The notes: a model not told the origin generated them from the sequence alone. A stretch of DNA of 64,000 bases from Octopus vulgaris (GCA_951406725.2 OX597815.1:85188001-85252000), one strand, 5' to 3'; shown: positions 26,015 to 39,787, numbered from the stretch's first letter. Numbers and translations: made by a program.

Positions 26015-29000
26015 ACTCACATGATAATGAAATATTGAATAGAGAAATGCTACTTGCTATGCAAGATAAGAATGTAGAAAGCAAGCATATTATGTAATTT
26101 CAGTTTCAAGAAAATCTGTAATTGGTAGTAGTTCACTTTCCTTTTCATTTGATAAATTTAGGGAAACCCTAATGTTTTAGGGTGCTGTCCTACCAACTAG
26201 ATGGTCAACAAGAAAGAGAAAGTCTCTGAAACTGGTCTATTTCTGAAGCTTAAATATATTTTATCTGTGAGAAAGGAAATGCAGTTGCTATATATTTTTG
26301 TTCAAACCTTGTTGACATAACTGAACAAATAACTAATATTTGAAACTAACTAAAGGGTTTGGTTCATCACTGTTTGGAATTTTAGTAAATATTTTCACTG
26401 GTACAAATACAATTTATGTTTAAAGTTGTGAAAATGTTTACATGAACTTTGTCACAATGTTGTCAGTTTTAGTGACTGATTTTAGCCCATTTCCTCAGTT
26501 TTACATTTGTTTTAATATTAATTTTATCACCATTTTACATCTGCTTTTCCATGCAGTATGAGTTGGATGGCCCTCTTAGCACCTCACCATTCATTGCTGT
26601 CTGTCATCATCTGCAAAACTGAAAGACCAATTCCTGTGATGTTATTTTGGCATGGGTTTTATAACTGTATGTCCTTCCTATCTCCAACAATTTTACAGTG
26701 TGGTCTAGATGAATTAATCATGCTACTAGCACTAGAAAAATTGTTGATACAATGAAAAAGTCTTTCCCTCTGTCAATCCCATTAAAACAATTATTTACTA
26801 CAAATACTTTTATATGGTCATCCATGCTGTTATACATTATGTAAAAATATGATTAAATGTGGGAAAATTTATAATGAAAAATAAAATATTTTTCATTGAA
26901 GGAAATTAAGCATATTGTCTCTTGACAATCAGTTGGTTGCTATAAGAATAAAAATTGTGAGCTCATATTTGTCATTTAATTTTGGACTCCTTCAGACTAT
27001 TATGGTCACTTTGACAATTTTCCAATGTTTTATCTGTGCTCTGTGCAATTATTTCCGTTATGTAGTTTACATGAATTTGTAAATATACACCTTCCACATT
27101 CCAAAGTTTTATTTTTTTTGTTCCACTTTCATTTTCAAATCATAGACCCATATTAGTTGATAAAATTTCTTGGCCTATTATTATTTTCTTTGTGGATCGT
27201 GTTGAATGATCTTAATTTCTATTAGCCAAGTTTACTTTTCCAAATTCCATGCCTTATCTTACATTCTTTCTTTTATTCAATTCTCACCCTTTTTTTTTTA
27301 TGTTCAAGAACCTCAGCTAAATTTCAGGCATGAATTTCGTTCTTCATTTGGTTGCATCTTATAAATTCAAAATAAATCTAACCAGTCTATTTTGTGACTA
27401 TAATACATAAGTTATTGATGAGCACTTAGCGAAGTAATGTGCATAGTCAGCACTCTAAATATATGTGACTTGAACTTTTAATTTGTAACCTCATTAACTT
27501 ATGGTAACATACTTGAATAATCAAAACTCATGCGTCTGTCATTATCTGGTACTCATAACAACAGAGAAGAGCTGGTTAATTCTGTCTCTGTTATATTATT
27601 TTTGGCATGAGTTTTATAACTATATACTCTTTGTATTACAAACTACTTCACAGAGTAGACTGGGTGGATTTATCATGTTAGTTGTAGAGTAATTTAGTTG
27701 TTACATATGCAAACCAAAAGTAATTCTTGCATAAATTTTACAAGTTTGTTAAATTAATCATCAACTAGTTTTACTCTCCAACCCCCACCCCATCAATTCT
27801 CTGGAATTAATTTGAAATGAATTCATGGCAAAACTTCATTATCAGCAGCCAGGCTCTCCAAGATATCTTGAATGCCACAGATTGTAAATTAATTCAACTA
27901 AAAGTACAGTATTTCAGAATTTTGTTCCATTCAGTAGCTCCTACCTTTGCTGCAGCATTTAGGATATGTAATGAAGCAAAAGGATTACTAAATGTTGCAC
28001 CCTGTAAGTGGCACTGACCTCTAGCTCAAGACCAAAGAGTACAACCCTTGAGCCTTTTCTCTTGACAATCCCACTACTTCAAAATTAAGGAGATATTTAC
28101 TCTGACTGAGGCTCATTTTATGGTTAGATTTATCCTAGTTATTAGCAAAACAACCTGCATTCAGTTAACATGATTATCCATGAAAGCTCTGGGAAACAAG
28201 GGGCTTGTCACAAGGACAACTCATTGCCTTATATACATCAGTTCCAACTCCAAGAGCAATAAAGATGCAGAACCCATCCAGGTCAAGTAAACCACTGATG
28301 TCCATCCACAGGAAAAATATTGAAAGTTAGCACTTGTGGAAGTGACTCATTGAATATTGGTCAGATTATTCAAAAACAGTTAAAAATAGGCTTTACTTGA
28401 AAATTGTCTCAACTTTTTGAATTGATATATCCTGCTCTGGAACTAACAAACGAGACCTCTTCCATAGTAGTATAATGTCATCCCATCTGCCTTTGGAGTG
28501 AGTCCATGTTAAAAAAGTGGATTTTTCTCACCAAAGTGGAGTAAACATGAAAAAACAAAAAAAAAATTGGGTAGGGAATATGAAAACCAAATATTTGGGG
28601 CTATACAAATTGTCCAAGTGATTCTGAAACAAGCTTACCTAGGAATTGGACCAAGAGGATGTTGAAATATTTAGTGACCAGATCCATGTGTCTAAAATTC
28701 ACATATAGAATCATTAATTTAAAGATTCTTATGACCAAGTTCCTCAATAAACGACTTCACTGTACTGAGGACCCTATCCAGCCCATCCCACTCCCTCCTG
28801 CAACCATACACTATCAAAATACCAAACACATAAATGCAATTCAGGCCCCAACCTAGCAATACCATTGATATCCTGTATAACCAGTACAAAACCAAAGGGA
28901 TCACTCTGCTGAACTACTTAATCAGAAATAGTGTAATAGGGCTTTTCATACATCTGCTAAGCATAGCAAACTGAGAAAATTGAATTAAAACCATTTTCTG

Positions 29001-29639
29001 GTTAAGTTTGTAAACCATATTGGTGACCTCAAAAAGTGTACTTATAACCTTGTAGCATGAATGGCTCTGCACACTGCTTTAGTACTAGCCTCATTCATCT
29101 ACAGTAGATGAGTGACAAGCTCAATTTTGTTTTGATATAAAGCATTTCAAAGTACAGTATATATGTGTGCAGGAATGAAATGACTTGAATGTCTTTGACA
29201 ATGAGTTTGATTGAAAGTGATTTTCAGTTTTAAATTAGGAAATGAGACATTAAATAATGAATCTTTCTGCATACCATGAAAAAAGCAGGATGGTCACCGT
29301 TGGAACAAGTTTGATTATGGCAAAACTCGATTAGAACTTACGTGGAGCTGAACAACAACACGGAGGCAAATAAACATGATAATAGAAGTTTAAAAATAGC
29401 AATCTCAATAGTCATAATATGTAAGTAAAATAAAATATATAAGAAGGTCCCAAAAATAAGATTTGGAGAATAATTTTTTATTTTTTAGTTAAGATGCATT
29501 TGTAACCATAGCTTTCATGGTTGATCCTGGTTTCAGATTAAAAAAAAAATAGTTGATGAGGTTTCAGACAATTTGAATTCCCATTTTAGAAAAACACTTA
29601 TGTTCAAGAGGTTGAAATCAGATAAGGCATTATTATTAA

Positions 29640-29857
29640 TCTGTTAGCATTTAAACTGGCCATATCGGGCCCAAATATTCTACTTGTTTTATGTTCAGAC
29701 CAACCAGATCTGGCCTCTCACATCTATCCTACAATGTCATTTTAAGAATAAACAACCCCAGCATTGAATTTGTGAAGCTAAGAGACAACATATGATAAGT
29801 TCAAAACAATTTGAATAAATGAGCATTACATTTGACAGTGTAATCTGAATGAAAGGG
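29640..29857. mobile_element. piggyBac-like MITE
   Basis: ttaa..tagcatttaaactggcc ... gaaaggg|ttaa; matches 20637-20855. Confidence 0.82.
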
Positions 29858-30323
29858 TTAAACCAAGTTCTGATATTGGAATATCTGGTTATTTCTATAC
29901 AATATGATTGCTATCTAGACAGATTTTATTTTTTATGGAAAGATAGCTTATGTAGCCATCATGGTAAAAATAACTTAATATTCCAATCAGCTCATGACTT
30001 TCATAAAAGTTTTATAAAAGAGGGGACATTTACTTTAAAAAAAGTAATGTTTCATTAACAATTTATTTTACCCTTGATAAAGGGTACAATTTGAAAATTA
30101 TTTTTAATACTACCAAATATAATTTTGGCTGTTACTAGATACTTGAGTTATTTTGTTAAATTGCTTTATGTAATTTTTTAAAAATACATTTTAAATTAGG
30201 AAACTTCAGGGTGTTTCACCCAACTCTCAATAAAATTGCAAAACATATAGGATTAATTTGCAAAAGTTGTATAAAAATTAAGTGGTTAGAAACATTGAAA
30301 CAATTTATATTTTCTATTTACAG

Positions 30324-30423
30324 GTTTGTTGGTAGTGTTGTAGTACCATTGCAAAATTTGATTAATGCCAGGACTCAGGAACTGAATGTTACACTCAAAG
30401 ATTCTCAAAATAGTCCTACAACT
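30324..30423 (+). CDS. MYOF: Ferlin exon, C2A: (K)FVGSVVVPLQNLINARTQELNVTLKDSQNSPTT
   Basis: tatttacag| acceptor, |gtgagt donor; 100 bp, phase 2 to 0, joins the previous exon in frame (AA+G=Lys); C2 strand pattern K-F-V-G...V-P-L. Confidence 0.9.
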
Positions 30424-31904
30424 GTGAGTACATATTTACATCAATTAGAATTGATGCTCTAAATCTTTGAGGACTGTTAATCATTTTTTGAAAAATTTTC
30501 CCTCTATTTTTATTCAATTGTTTCTAATGGGATTTCGTTTGAGCATAGAGGTCTCCAAAAGACAAGGTTAAAAGATCTTATGATTGGCACATTTAATTGC
30601 AAAATGAAGAATTAAGTTAATGTCATGTGAAGACATGGTCTAAAATTATCATAAGTAACCTAATTAGTCAGAGGTGGTTGTAAAAGTTTCATTGCTAGAA
30701 TGAGTGGAGGAAGTTCAAAGAGGTGCTACAACAGGAGTCTTTGGTCATTTAAAACCTGGAAGATAGTCATGACTAAATTAAAAAACCCAAAAGCCAACTT
30801 TTGAATTCAAACTAAGATTTTATATAATTCAGCAGTATTTTGCAAACAAAATTTAACTGTAAAATATGGGCAGCAAACATCAATGGCCAAAACTGATCAT
30901 ACTTCAAACAGAAGAATATAAAAATTTAGTTTCATTATATATCTCTCAGCATTTTAAATATTTAGCTTCATACTTAGTGTATTTATTTGCATAAAAGATG
31001 CAGGAGCATCTTAAATGCACCCAAATTTCAGCAGTACATATTCAGGAAAAGTTTTTAATATATTAAAGCTAATGGGAGTCCCTTAATGAAACTGGGATGA
31101 TTTTTCTCTAGTCATTAGTTACCAAAAAAACAGCATGTCTTAAATGATGCCATCAAATACAGTAACTAATTTATGAATAGCTGACATTAAAATCTGGCCC
31201 CAACCACCAAAATAAACCAAAACATAAAATTTAAAAAAAACAATATACAGGGTGTTAAGTGGTGAGTTGACACTAACTTATTTGGTAATACTAAGTTTTG
31301 AAATTATCCTTTGAATTTCTGTATAAACAACCTATACATAAATGGCAAAAGGTTATTTGACAAATACAGAAGAGATTACTACATGGTGGAAGCATCAGAT
31401 ATAATATAGAAAGGTCATGTTTACATATTTGTGCTTAGCTGAAAGTTTGGGTTACATCATTTAGGCTAAAAGTCATACTACTGATAACAAGTGTAACCAA
31501 GAGTACAAGAGTATAGGTACTATAACAATAACAATAAAAGTCGGCTAATGCAGAGATGAAAGCTTTATCCAAAAAAAAAAAATGTAGAGGAAATCAAAGA
31601 GTAATACCCAACACCAGAGTAGGCTTATGGCCCGTCAGTCCAAAAGTTCCTTTCTGTTTGTCTTTTTAGGCAGGTACACCTTCCATTGCTGGCTTGCCAG
31701 GACTGTTGCAACATCACCATATAACTCAAGTTTGCTAGCTGGGTGAACTAGAGTAATGTGAAATGAAGTGTTTTGCCCAGTCCCAGAACAGAAACCACAA
31801 TCTTATGATGAGTACAACACCTTAATTACCAAGCCACATACCCCTCATCCCCTCTCTCCTAGCCTTCCACCCCCACCCCCACCTCTCCTACTTCTGTCCC
31901 ATTC

Positions 31905-32110
31905 ACCCCTTCTCCACTTCAGTCTGTTGCTATCATTCCCCCAGATCTTCCCCTCTCTGAGGTGGAGCGCTCCCTCCTCAGTAAGGGTCTGCGCTTCATT
32001 CCCCTCACTCCATCCAGCAACGAATTTCGAACTCGTGCTGATATCCACAGCTTTTTTGTGTGCAGCATTAGGTTGTGTGTGCTTTTCCACGACACTCCAC
32101 CTGCTTTACT
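31905..32110 (+). mobile_element. Penelope-like element ORF N-terminal fragment
   Basis: ERSLLSKGLRFIPLTP..EFRTRADIHSF..SIRL..LFHD fits the Penelope N-terminal L.KGL.F.P / F.R.LRL..FF pattern. Confidence 0.65.
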
Positions 32111-32139
32111 GACCTGGGCCACCGACCATCCCAGTGGAT

Positions 32140-32594
32140 GCCAGCTCCTGGCCAGTTCCAAGCAGTTGATCTTTTTGCGGGTGCCTGCAACAGGACTCTG
32201 CACCATACCACACAAGCAGGAGAACCCATGGCTGTCAGACAATTTTCTGTGACATCAACCCTACCTAATTCCCCAGACTACAACCCCCTTGATTATTATG
32301 TGTGGGGTGAGAGACCAACAAAACTCCTAGTAACGCCAAAGATGAAGAGAAGGCAAGGATTATGGCAGCATTCACTAAATTAAACAAGAAGACTGTCTAG
32401 AAGAGTTGCAGGAGATTCCGAAGTCATCTAAAGGCCATGGTTGAAGCCAATGGTGATTTTATTGAATAAATTTAATCTTTAGCATTTCAAGCTATTTTCA
32501 TGTAATTTTGGTAAATATATCTGTTAAAATGAGGTGTCAGTGTTATTTTCATTTCTGCATAATTTAGACGACAATATATTCACCGCACACTGTA
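32140..32594 (+). mobile_element. Tc1/mariner-superfamily transposon 3' fragment
   Basis: PNSPDYNPLDYYVWG motif; C-terminal AMVEANGDFIE*; TIR end ttcaccgcacactg|ta. Confidence 0.85.
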
Positions 32595-32859
32595 CATACA
32601 TTCAGTTTAATAGAATTAATAATGTATCGATTGAATATAAGTCCTGCCATTTGTTCCTACCCTGTCCTTATCACTTCAATTTTTCCAAATCTCACTAAGT
32701 AACTTAAAATCTAATTTGAATATTTCAAAATATGGTTTATATATTAACCAAATAAAATCCTCAAAATTCTTTTTAAACATTTGTGAATGGTAAAAAGCAT
32801 GAGTTATTTTATGTTTATTTGAAGAATTTCATAGCTATACTTACTGGAAACTAATTATA

Positions 32860-33171
32860 AACAAGAGCACTCAGAGAGCACAAACCTCCGCCAAGGCAAC
32901 ACCAACGTCCTCTCAACGATTAGCCAGACTGCTCTCAAAGATTAAGTAAAAAAAAAACAAAAAAAAAACAGGAAAAATAATCCAGAATCCTTGTCTGGTA
33001 CCGCATTGATCCCAAAATCTAGTCAATTTGTGCCAGCCATGAGGCCAAACATCCCTGAAAGTTACATCCAACTCCATCCAGTGGCTTTTGCGATATCTCG
33101 TCCACAGACAAACAAACAAACAAACACGACTGAAAACAATACCTCCATCTTTGCTAAGGCGGAGGTAATAA
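32860..33171 (-). mobile_element. Helentron-associated non-autonomous element (HINE/DINE-1-like)
   Basis: Subterminal inverted repeats acctccgcc / ggcggaggt, a short internal inverted copy near one end, terminal hairpin gcactcagagagc, (gttt/gtct)n microsatellite, A/T-run insertion site. Confidence 0.75.
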
Positions 33172-33228
33172 AGGAATACAAGCATTATAACAGCTTCACT
33201 TAACTACATTAGTAATATATATGTCTGT

Positions 33229-33490
33229 AAAGACATGTGGCCTAGTGGTTAGGATGTTGCACTCAAGGTTGTGGTTTCAATTCCTAAACAAATGGTGCAT
33301 TGTGTTCTTGAGCAAAACACTTCGTTTCACAGTGCTCCATTCCACTCAGCCTTAAATGGGTAACCTTGCACTGGACTGCCATTCCATTTAGGGGAAATTT
33401 GGGGCCTGATAGCCTACTCAGCAGGGGGCATCATTCAAAAGTTACAACAATCTAAGGAATCATATTGTGGCCAGTAATGTATAACATCTC
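33229..33490 (+). mobile_element. tRNA-derived SINE related to family C
   Basis: tggcctagtggttagg A-box; gtgttcttgagcaaaacactt core; related to 54308-54556. Confidence 0.7.
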
Positions 33491-33812
33491 TTCTTAGATA
33501 TGATACAGGATCAAATATGGTGTATTATATCCTATCTATCTAATGCTAGAGTAGAAAAAGAATGGAAAATGAGCATTTTGGTCCAAGAGCTTTTTGTAAG
33601 TTTTGAGCATATTTTGAAAGCATAGAATATGAACCAATGCGGAAAATAAATGCAGAGTCTCATAAAGTTAAAATATTAGAATAATTATTTTAAATATCTA
33701 TGTTTACATAGCTTATCATAAAGTTATCTTAGGTCATCTTATCATGGATTTGTATTTGAATAAGCTTTTGATATTCAGAATAATTGAAACGATTGTAAAC
33801 TTTTTTATTCAG

Positions 33813-33867
33813 GGTACTGTGAGATTAAAGTTGGATTATATAGCACCAGCTTCTACTACTCCGGGAG
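33813..33867 (+). CDS. MYOF: Ferlin exon, last C2A strand: GTVRLKLDYIAPASTTPG(G)
   Basis: ttttttattcag| acceptor, |gtaagc donor; 55 bp, phase 0 to 1; fits the ferlin C2A end pattern (alternating hydrophobics then Y-x-x-P). Confidence 0.88.
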
Positions 33868-34019
33868 GTAAGCATTGATAATCATCTATTGAATTTTCAT
33901 GATAAAGATTTGAAAAGCTATTCAATGTAGAAAAATAAAACAAATTATCATTAAGACTTTGCTACCATCAGCTCAAAATCTGTTAAGTACTCAAAGTAAA
34001 AAGATTGCTCCTCAAGCAC

Positions 34020-34382
34020 AGATTTGGGGTTCAGTCCTACCATGCAGTGCCTTAGGCAAGTGTCTTCCACTGTTGCCCCAGGTCAACCAAAGTCTTGTGA
34101 GTGCATTTGGTGAATAGGAAAATGAAAAAAAGTTTTGTGTGTGTGTGTCCATCCTTGTCTTGACTAGATGTGAATGAGTGTCACTGTCATACAAGTGGTG
34201 TTGAACATTTTAACTCTACCCTGAAAACACGTTCAATCATGGGGAAATATGACCTTCTCTGGAAATAAGTAAAGATTGTCAACATCAAGGACATCCAGCT
34301 ATAGAATATTTGACTCAGCAAATTCTGTATGACCCATGCAAACATGGAAAAATAGATTTTAAATCAACAATGATGATGATGC
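34020..34382 (+). mobile_element. tRNA-derived SINE with RTE-type tail
   Basis: gggttcagtcc..ggcaagtgtcttc head; gacccatgcaaacatggaaaa..gatgatgat tail. Confidence 0.72.
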
Positions 34383-34951
34383 TAAGAGACTTTATTTTCA
34401 AACTTATAAATGGTCGATTGGATGTATATATTAATTGTTGTACTATATTCTCAGGTCATCTTTGATCAAGCACACACCTGTGACAGACAGGTAATCAAAC
34501 AATTAGATTTGACCTCAAAAATCTCTTGTTCCAGATCTGTACACTCTCGTGTAGAGGACAGTGTGGGCATATCATATTCTCTCAACAATCCTATCAATTT
34601 TTACATGTCAGTAGATCCTAGTGGAGGTATACAGTGAGCAAGTTGGACTTGGACAAAATATAGCAGTTGCTGTACCTTTGAATTGATTAGTGTTTGGAGT
34701 TAATAAAGATATTGATACTGTTCCTAATTGCATGTGAATGTTGAATTGCAGTTAGCTTACTGGACTGAGTTGGGGATATAGTGGTCTTATGTTATATGAG
34801 TGCTGTATGAAGTAAATTACATGAAGAGCAAAGCTGCAGGCAACTTAACTAGGAAAGTAGCTGAGTATTAAAAAGTATTTAGCAATATGTTCAGGAGAAG
34901 CAATTGTAATGTTATAGGCATATATTTCTATATCATTCGTGCTGCATAATA

Positions 34952-35187
34952 TTGCATTGGTGCATAATTATTGCAGCTTTTTTTCAACAAAAACAATAAC
35001 AACATGTAGCAAAAACATCTTTAAATGATTATTCCTGAGCATATTCACCATCTACTTCAATTACTGCTTCCCATTTGCTTGGCAGACGGTTTGACCATCA
35101 TTTAAAGATGTTTTTGTTACATGTTGTTATTGTTTTTGTTGAATAAAATTTGTTGAAAAAAGTCGCAATAATTATGCACCAACCCAA
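34952..35187. mobile_element. Mariner-derived MITE made of two inverted 3' ends
   Basis: TIR ttggtgcataattattgc / gcaataattatgcaccaa; ~75-bp inverted arms; centre encodes RLPSKWEAVIEVDGEY on the minus strand. Confidence 0.85.
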
Positions 35188-35418
35188 GAAAAAGTGCCCT
35201 TTGCCAGTAGAAGAATCTCATGATGAAGGTAGACCAGTGAAAATGTTTGGGGATAGTCAACAGTGCTTTCTCAGAGGATATTGTGGAAAGGATGATAGTT
35301 TGATGTATCCTATTTAAGGAAGTTGTTGGTTTTGATGTTCAAATTTAATGATGAGAAAAGTACCCCCTTCATTTAAAAAAAAAAAATTTATTGTAATAAT
35401 AATTTTTTTTTCAAACAG

Positions 35419-35627
35419 GTGGTGGTGGTGGTGGTGGAGGTGCGTCTGGCGTTGTTGTTACAACTGATGGTGATGATGAGGATGAGGATGAAGATGATGA
35501 GGAGCCAGCAGCTCCAGTTCAGGTTGTTGACCCTGTTACTGGAAATGTCACAGTTGTCAAACCACCCAAGAAAAAAAAGAGGAGATCTAAAAGGCAAAAT
35601 CTATCAACAAAGAAACAAGATTTCCAG
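35419..35627 (+). CDS. MYOF: Ferlin exon, C2A-C2B linker: poly-Gly, acidic run, polybasic run, ending NLSTKKQDFQ
   Basis: tttttcaaacag| acceptor, |gttatt donor; 209 bp, phase 1 to 0; open frame ending LSTKKQDFQ, like myoferlin LSNKPQDFQ. Confidence 0.92.
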
Positions 35628-36916
35628 GTTATTATTATTACTACTACTATATGCTATTTATATGTTTATTTTTAAATTCTGTGATCAAAGACATTCTAGA
35701 TAAGACTAGCTTGTCTTTCCAGAGTATGTACAGGGCTGCATTATCACATGTGTCTTTTTCTTGTTTATGATGCTTGTTTGTAATTTGAGAGAGATTCACC
35801 TGCCATTTCTGATATGTACATGATCCTGTGTTGTGTCACCACTAATCTTTAGGACAGGTGAGACTACATGAGAATTTATGAGTTTTAGTGAAAACTCCAG
35901 CTTCTGTTTGGTAGTCAGGGAAATAACAGTATACTTTTAGTTATTCAGTACCGATAGGGTTAAACATAGCAAAATATTGTTGTCTCTCTCAACTGATATA
36001 TAATACTTTTGGACTGTTAAAGTTTGAAGATCATTAAAAATTGGACAGCAGCAGAGAAGGGAAACACAAGGGACATTAAGTAAATGAAACGAGAGTAACA
36101 ATAACTGGTTTGGCCCTTTGACTGACCAGTACCTTGAAGGAACTGTACCACTTACATTAACATCTCTGGTCATCAGATTGACTCTGAACAAGCCAATAAT
36201 TTGACCTATGAGAAATTGTAGACAGAATGGTCATGTCTTGAAATGCCTTTGTTCATTCAGATCTTGCTTGAAGTTAAACAACCACTTAGTAACAATGATA
36301 GCTGTTGAAATTTGGAAAGATTTGCCTTGTATTAGTGATTGAAGTTACAGTGAGTTAACTTCACTGTGGACCAATGAACCTATGCATGTTGACCTTTGTG
36401 AAAACATAATTCCTCTTATTTCAGCCTGCTTAGCTGACTATAGAATTTAGGGCTGACTGAATAATAGTTGGAAGATCCTGTTGTTTTAAAAGAACCTGTG
36501 TAAAAACCTTTCCACTCACGCTGAGTGAATCAGTATCTTGCAATTTTAAGGTGTTTATTATTGCACTAAATTTACACATTCACTCCACTATTGACCTTCC
36601 TAGGTTAAAGACAATCTCCTTCCTTATTTTTGTTTTTTTTAAGTTAAAAAAAAACAAAAATTCACAAGCCCCTTTAGATATTTTGAGCTATAGGGTGAGT
36701 GCATTGGCTGACATAGTTACAGATTAAATGTAATTACTCTATTTCATTTCATCCTACCGGGTTCTTAAAATCTTAAGAAATCCACTTTACTATTAATCCT
36801 CTGATTATTAAAATGAGTACCAGTGATATACTGGGTTGATTCAAATGATTACTTCTTCAAGACAAAATGTTTGATTTGGGACTATTAAAAAGAAATCAAT
36901 AGTCTATCTTTATTAA

Positions 36917-37127
36917 TATTCTTTTCTATTCTATGCACAAGGCCCGAAATTTTTGGCGAGTGGGGCCAGTCGATTAGATCGACCCCAGTATGCAACTGGT
37001 ACTTAATTTATCAACCCCGAAAAGATGAAAGGCAAAGTTGACCTTGGCGGAATTTGAACTCAGAACGTAAAGGCAGACGAAATACCACTAAGCATTTCGC
37101 CCAGCGTGCTAATGTTTCTGCCAGCTT
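36917..37127 (-). mobile_element. tRNA-derived SINE (family B), young copy
   Basis: Minus head agctggcagaaac..gagttcaaattcc; TSD tatctt(t/c)attaatatt at 36905-36920 and 37129-37144. Confidence 0.9.
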
Positions 37128-37156
37128 ATATCTTCATTAATATTAGAAATAGTTTA

Positions 37157-37349
37157 AGGCAGTAAGCTGGCAGAATCATTAGCACACCAGGCAAAATGCT
37201 TAGCTGCATTTCATCTGTCTTTATATTCTGAGTTCAAATTCCACCTTTTGGGGTCAATAAAATAAGTACCAGTAGAGCACTGGAGTCGATGTAATTGACT
37301 TAACCCATCTCCTTAAATTGCTGACCTTGTGCCAAAGTTTGAAACTGAT
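37157..37349 (+). mobile_element. tRNA-derived SINE (family B)
   Basis: agctggcagaatc..gagttcaaattcc; TSD atattagaaa(t/c)ag(t/c)tta at 37140-37156 and 37348-37364. Confidence 0.88.
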
Positions 37350-38924
37350 ATTAGAAACAGCTTAGCAATCTTCTAATTTAATTATTTCATTCTTTAGTAA
37401 GATCCTCAGTAGGAAAGCTCATTTTGAGGATCCTTTATTACTTACTTCCTTTAATTACAGACGAAGACACATTCATTAATTCTCTAACCTATCCCTATTC
37501 TATAATGTTTCTGTGCCATTGTAACCCTCATAAATGAAAACTTGAAAAGAATTAAGAATGATGTGCTTATATTGTAGTTCAATAACCACCCCCTCAAATA
37601 CCTTTGTTTAAAGCAATATTAAAGATTGTTGACTGAATAAGGTTTTTCTCATTGGTAACATCTTGTTCGGTGTTGCTTGCTAGACATATTAAAATGGGTG
37701 TGTTTAGAAAAAGTCAAATAAAAGAAAGAAATACTAATAACAAAGTGGAATATTGACTTATGGATAGTAGAAGTATTTTTTAGCTCAGTGTTTCAGACTT
37801 TACTGTAGAGTTTTTCAATGGCTAAAACTACCAATCAATCATCAGTAGGCTGTGAACCTCAACTCTTCTTATTGATTATTTTCATTTTTTTAATTTATAA
37901 TATTATTCATTGGGCAAACTCTTCAGATGAATTTTAATAATGTTTGAGATACAAACTGACAACAATCTCTCCATATTATTGCTTCCATAATCATGTATGC
38001 ATGCTTACCTTTTGAAGTAGATGGACTAGCTGATTTTAAGGAACTTGGGATATGAAAATGTTGTCTTACAGAGTTATATAATTATCTTAAAATACTTATA
38101 CAAAAGTAGTAGCTTGATGGAATTTAGTTAATTACAGTTCATCATCATAATGGCTAAAGTTTTTCAGGTAAGTGTACCAAAACATAATTTCTTGAATGAG
38201 CAGGGTAAGTAAAGTGGGAAGTCAAGAGTTTTCAGTGCAATTATTGCTAATGTTCACAACCATTAAGGTGTCTCTATATGGTTACTTGATCTACTAGAAA
38301 ATGCATACAGATCTCTCCCAGATCCCTTTTTTCCAAGACATATTGGACAGTGTTGTCCTACATATCCCTAAAATGATGAGCTGCTTATGTACTTAAGTTT
38401 TACTTACACTAGAAATTAGATAACTTTATCTAATCTGAAGGTTACATTTAACTTAGATTTTCAATTATTTCTTTTCTTCAGTTTTTGTTAAATTTTCGAT
38501 ATTTTTAGTTGTAACTTTTTATGTAAATTTTATTTTTAAAGATATCTGATTCATTTAGTTTCAATTAGGATCTTGGTTCCTTTGACTAGCTTAAAACTGC
38601 ATTATTCTCAGGAATTTGTAAAAATTGCTTTCTTATCTATACTGCTTTTAATAGACTTATTCTCTGGCAGTGGTATATCAGGTCAGAAGTAGAGATATTT
38701 CTTTTCTACAACTTCTTAAAATTAAAAATTAAAATTTTTTTTTTTTTTTTGTTGATGTCACTGTACTTGTTACATCATGCTGAATCTAGTCCTGGATAAA
38801 ACCAAAGGAAACAAAATATTCATTTTCGGATTTTTTTTCTCTCCTCAAATAAAGCAAATTTATCCACCTAATCACACACATACACGCATGTTCACTCTCT
38901 TCCTCTCTCTCTCCTTTTTTTATC

Positions 38925-39158
38925 ATTTACCTTTCACTTGTTTCAATCATTGGTCTATGGCCATGCTAAGATATTGCCTTAAAAAGTTCAGTGGAACAAA
39001 TCGATCCCATCACCTGTTTATAATCCTAGTATTTAATCTACTGGTCTCATTTGTCAAAGTGATAAGTTGCAGAGACATAAACAAACCAACGCTAATTGTC
39101 AAGCTGTGGTGGCAGACAAACACAAACATGCACGCATACATGTGTATGTATGTGTGTG

Positions 39159-39207
<49 letters not shown>

Positions 39208-39363
39208 GACAGGTTTTTTCAATTCCCATCTACCAAATCCACTCACAAGATTTTTAGTCAGCCTGGAGCTATAGTAAAAGACACTTTCTCAAGGTGCCAT
39301 GCAATGAGACTTGAACCTGAAACCATGTGGTTGGGAAGCAAGCTTCTTACCATACACCCATGC
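38925..39363 (-). mobile_element. tRNA-derived SINE (family A), older copy with compound microsatellite
   Basis: Collinear with 14005-14416 but more diverged. Confidence 0.8.
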
Positions 39364-39787
39364 TTAAGCCTAAAAGGTATTCATGGTTTCACTGGAAGTT
39401 CTATTAATTTCTTTTTATCTAATATAGTGAGATTAGAAGAAATGGGCTCTAATTTGTGATAAATTTGATTACTAGCTTTAAAAATAAAACAAACAAAAAA
39501 AAATTTCACTTTTCCCCAGAAAATATCTTAAGCCACTTGCATGATATCAGTTTCCGTTTGTAATTTTTTTGGTTTCGTGGTAAATTCTCCAGAACCTGCA
39601 ATGTTCTGATATGATTTTTTCCCCACTCAAAACTTAGAAATAAGGAGTGAAAACTTTTGTAGAGAAATGAATTAAAACTTTCCACTACTTAATGAGGTTT
39701 ATTTGAATAGAATGTTTCAGAAGTAAAATTACTGCATTATTAATATGTCAAGCAGATCAATAGTTATGTCAGTGTAGTTTTATATGC

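Noticed and set aside
27780-29140. Possible old L2/CR1 relic
   Set aside because: Too decayed to assign boundaries or family by eye.
35419-35703. ORF-track protein MVVVVVEVRL...
   Set aside because: Wrong frame of the real ferlin linker exon; the spliced frame reads GGGG...QDFQ.
38777-39459. ORFs of 130-165 aa (also 47570-48007, 42999-43404, 14179-14608)
   Set aside because: They run through SINEs, microsatellites or LINE UTRs and give low-complexity, non-homologous peptides.
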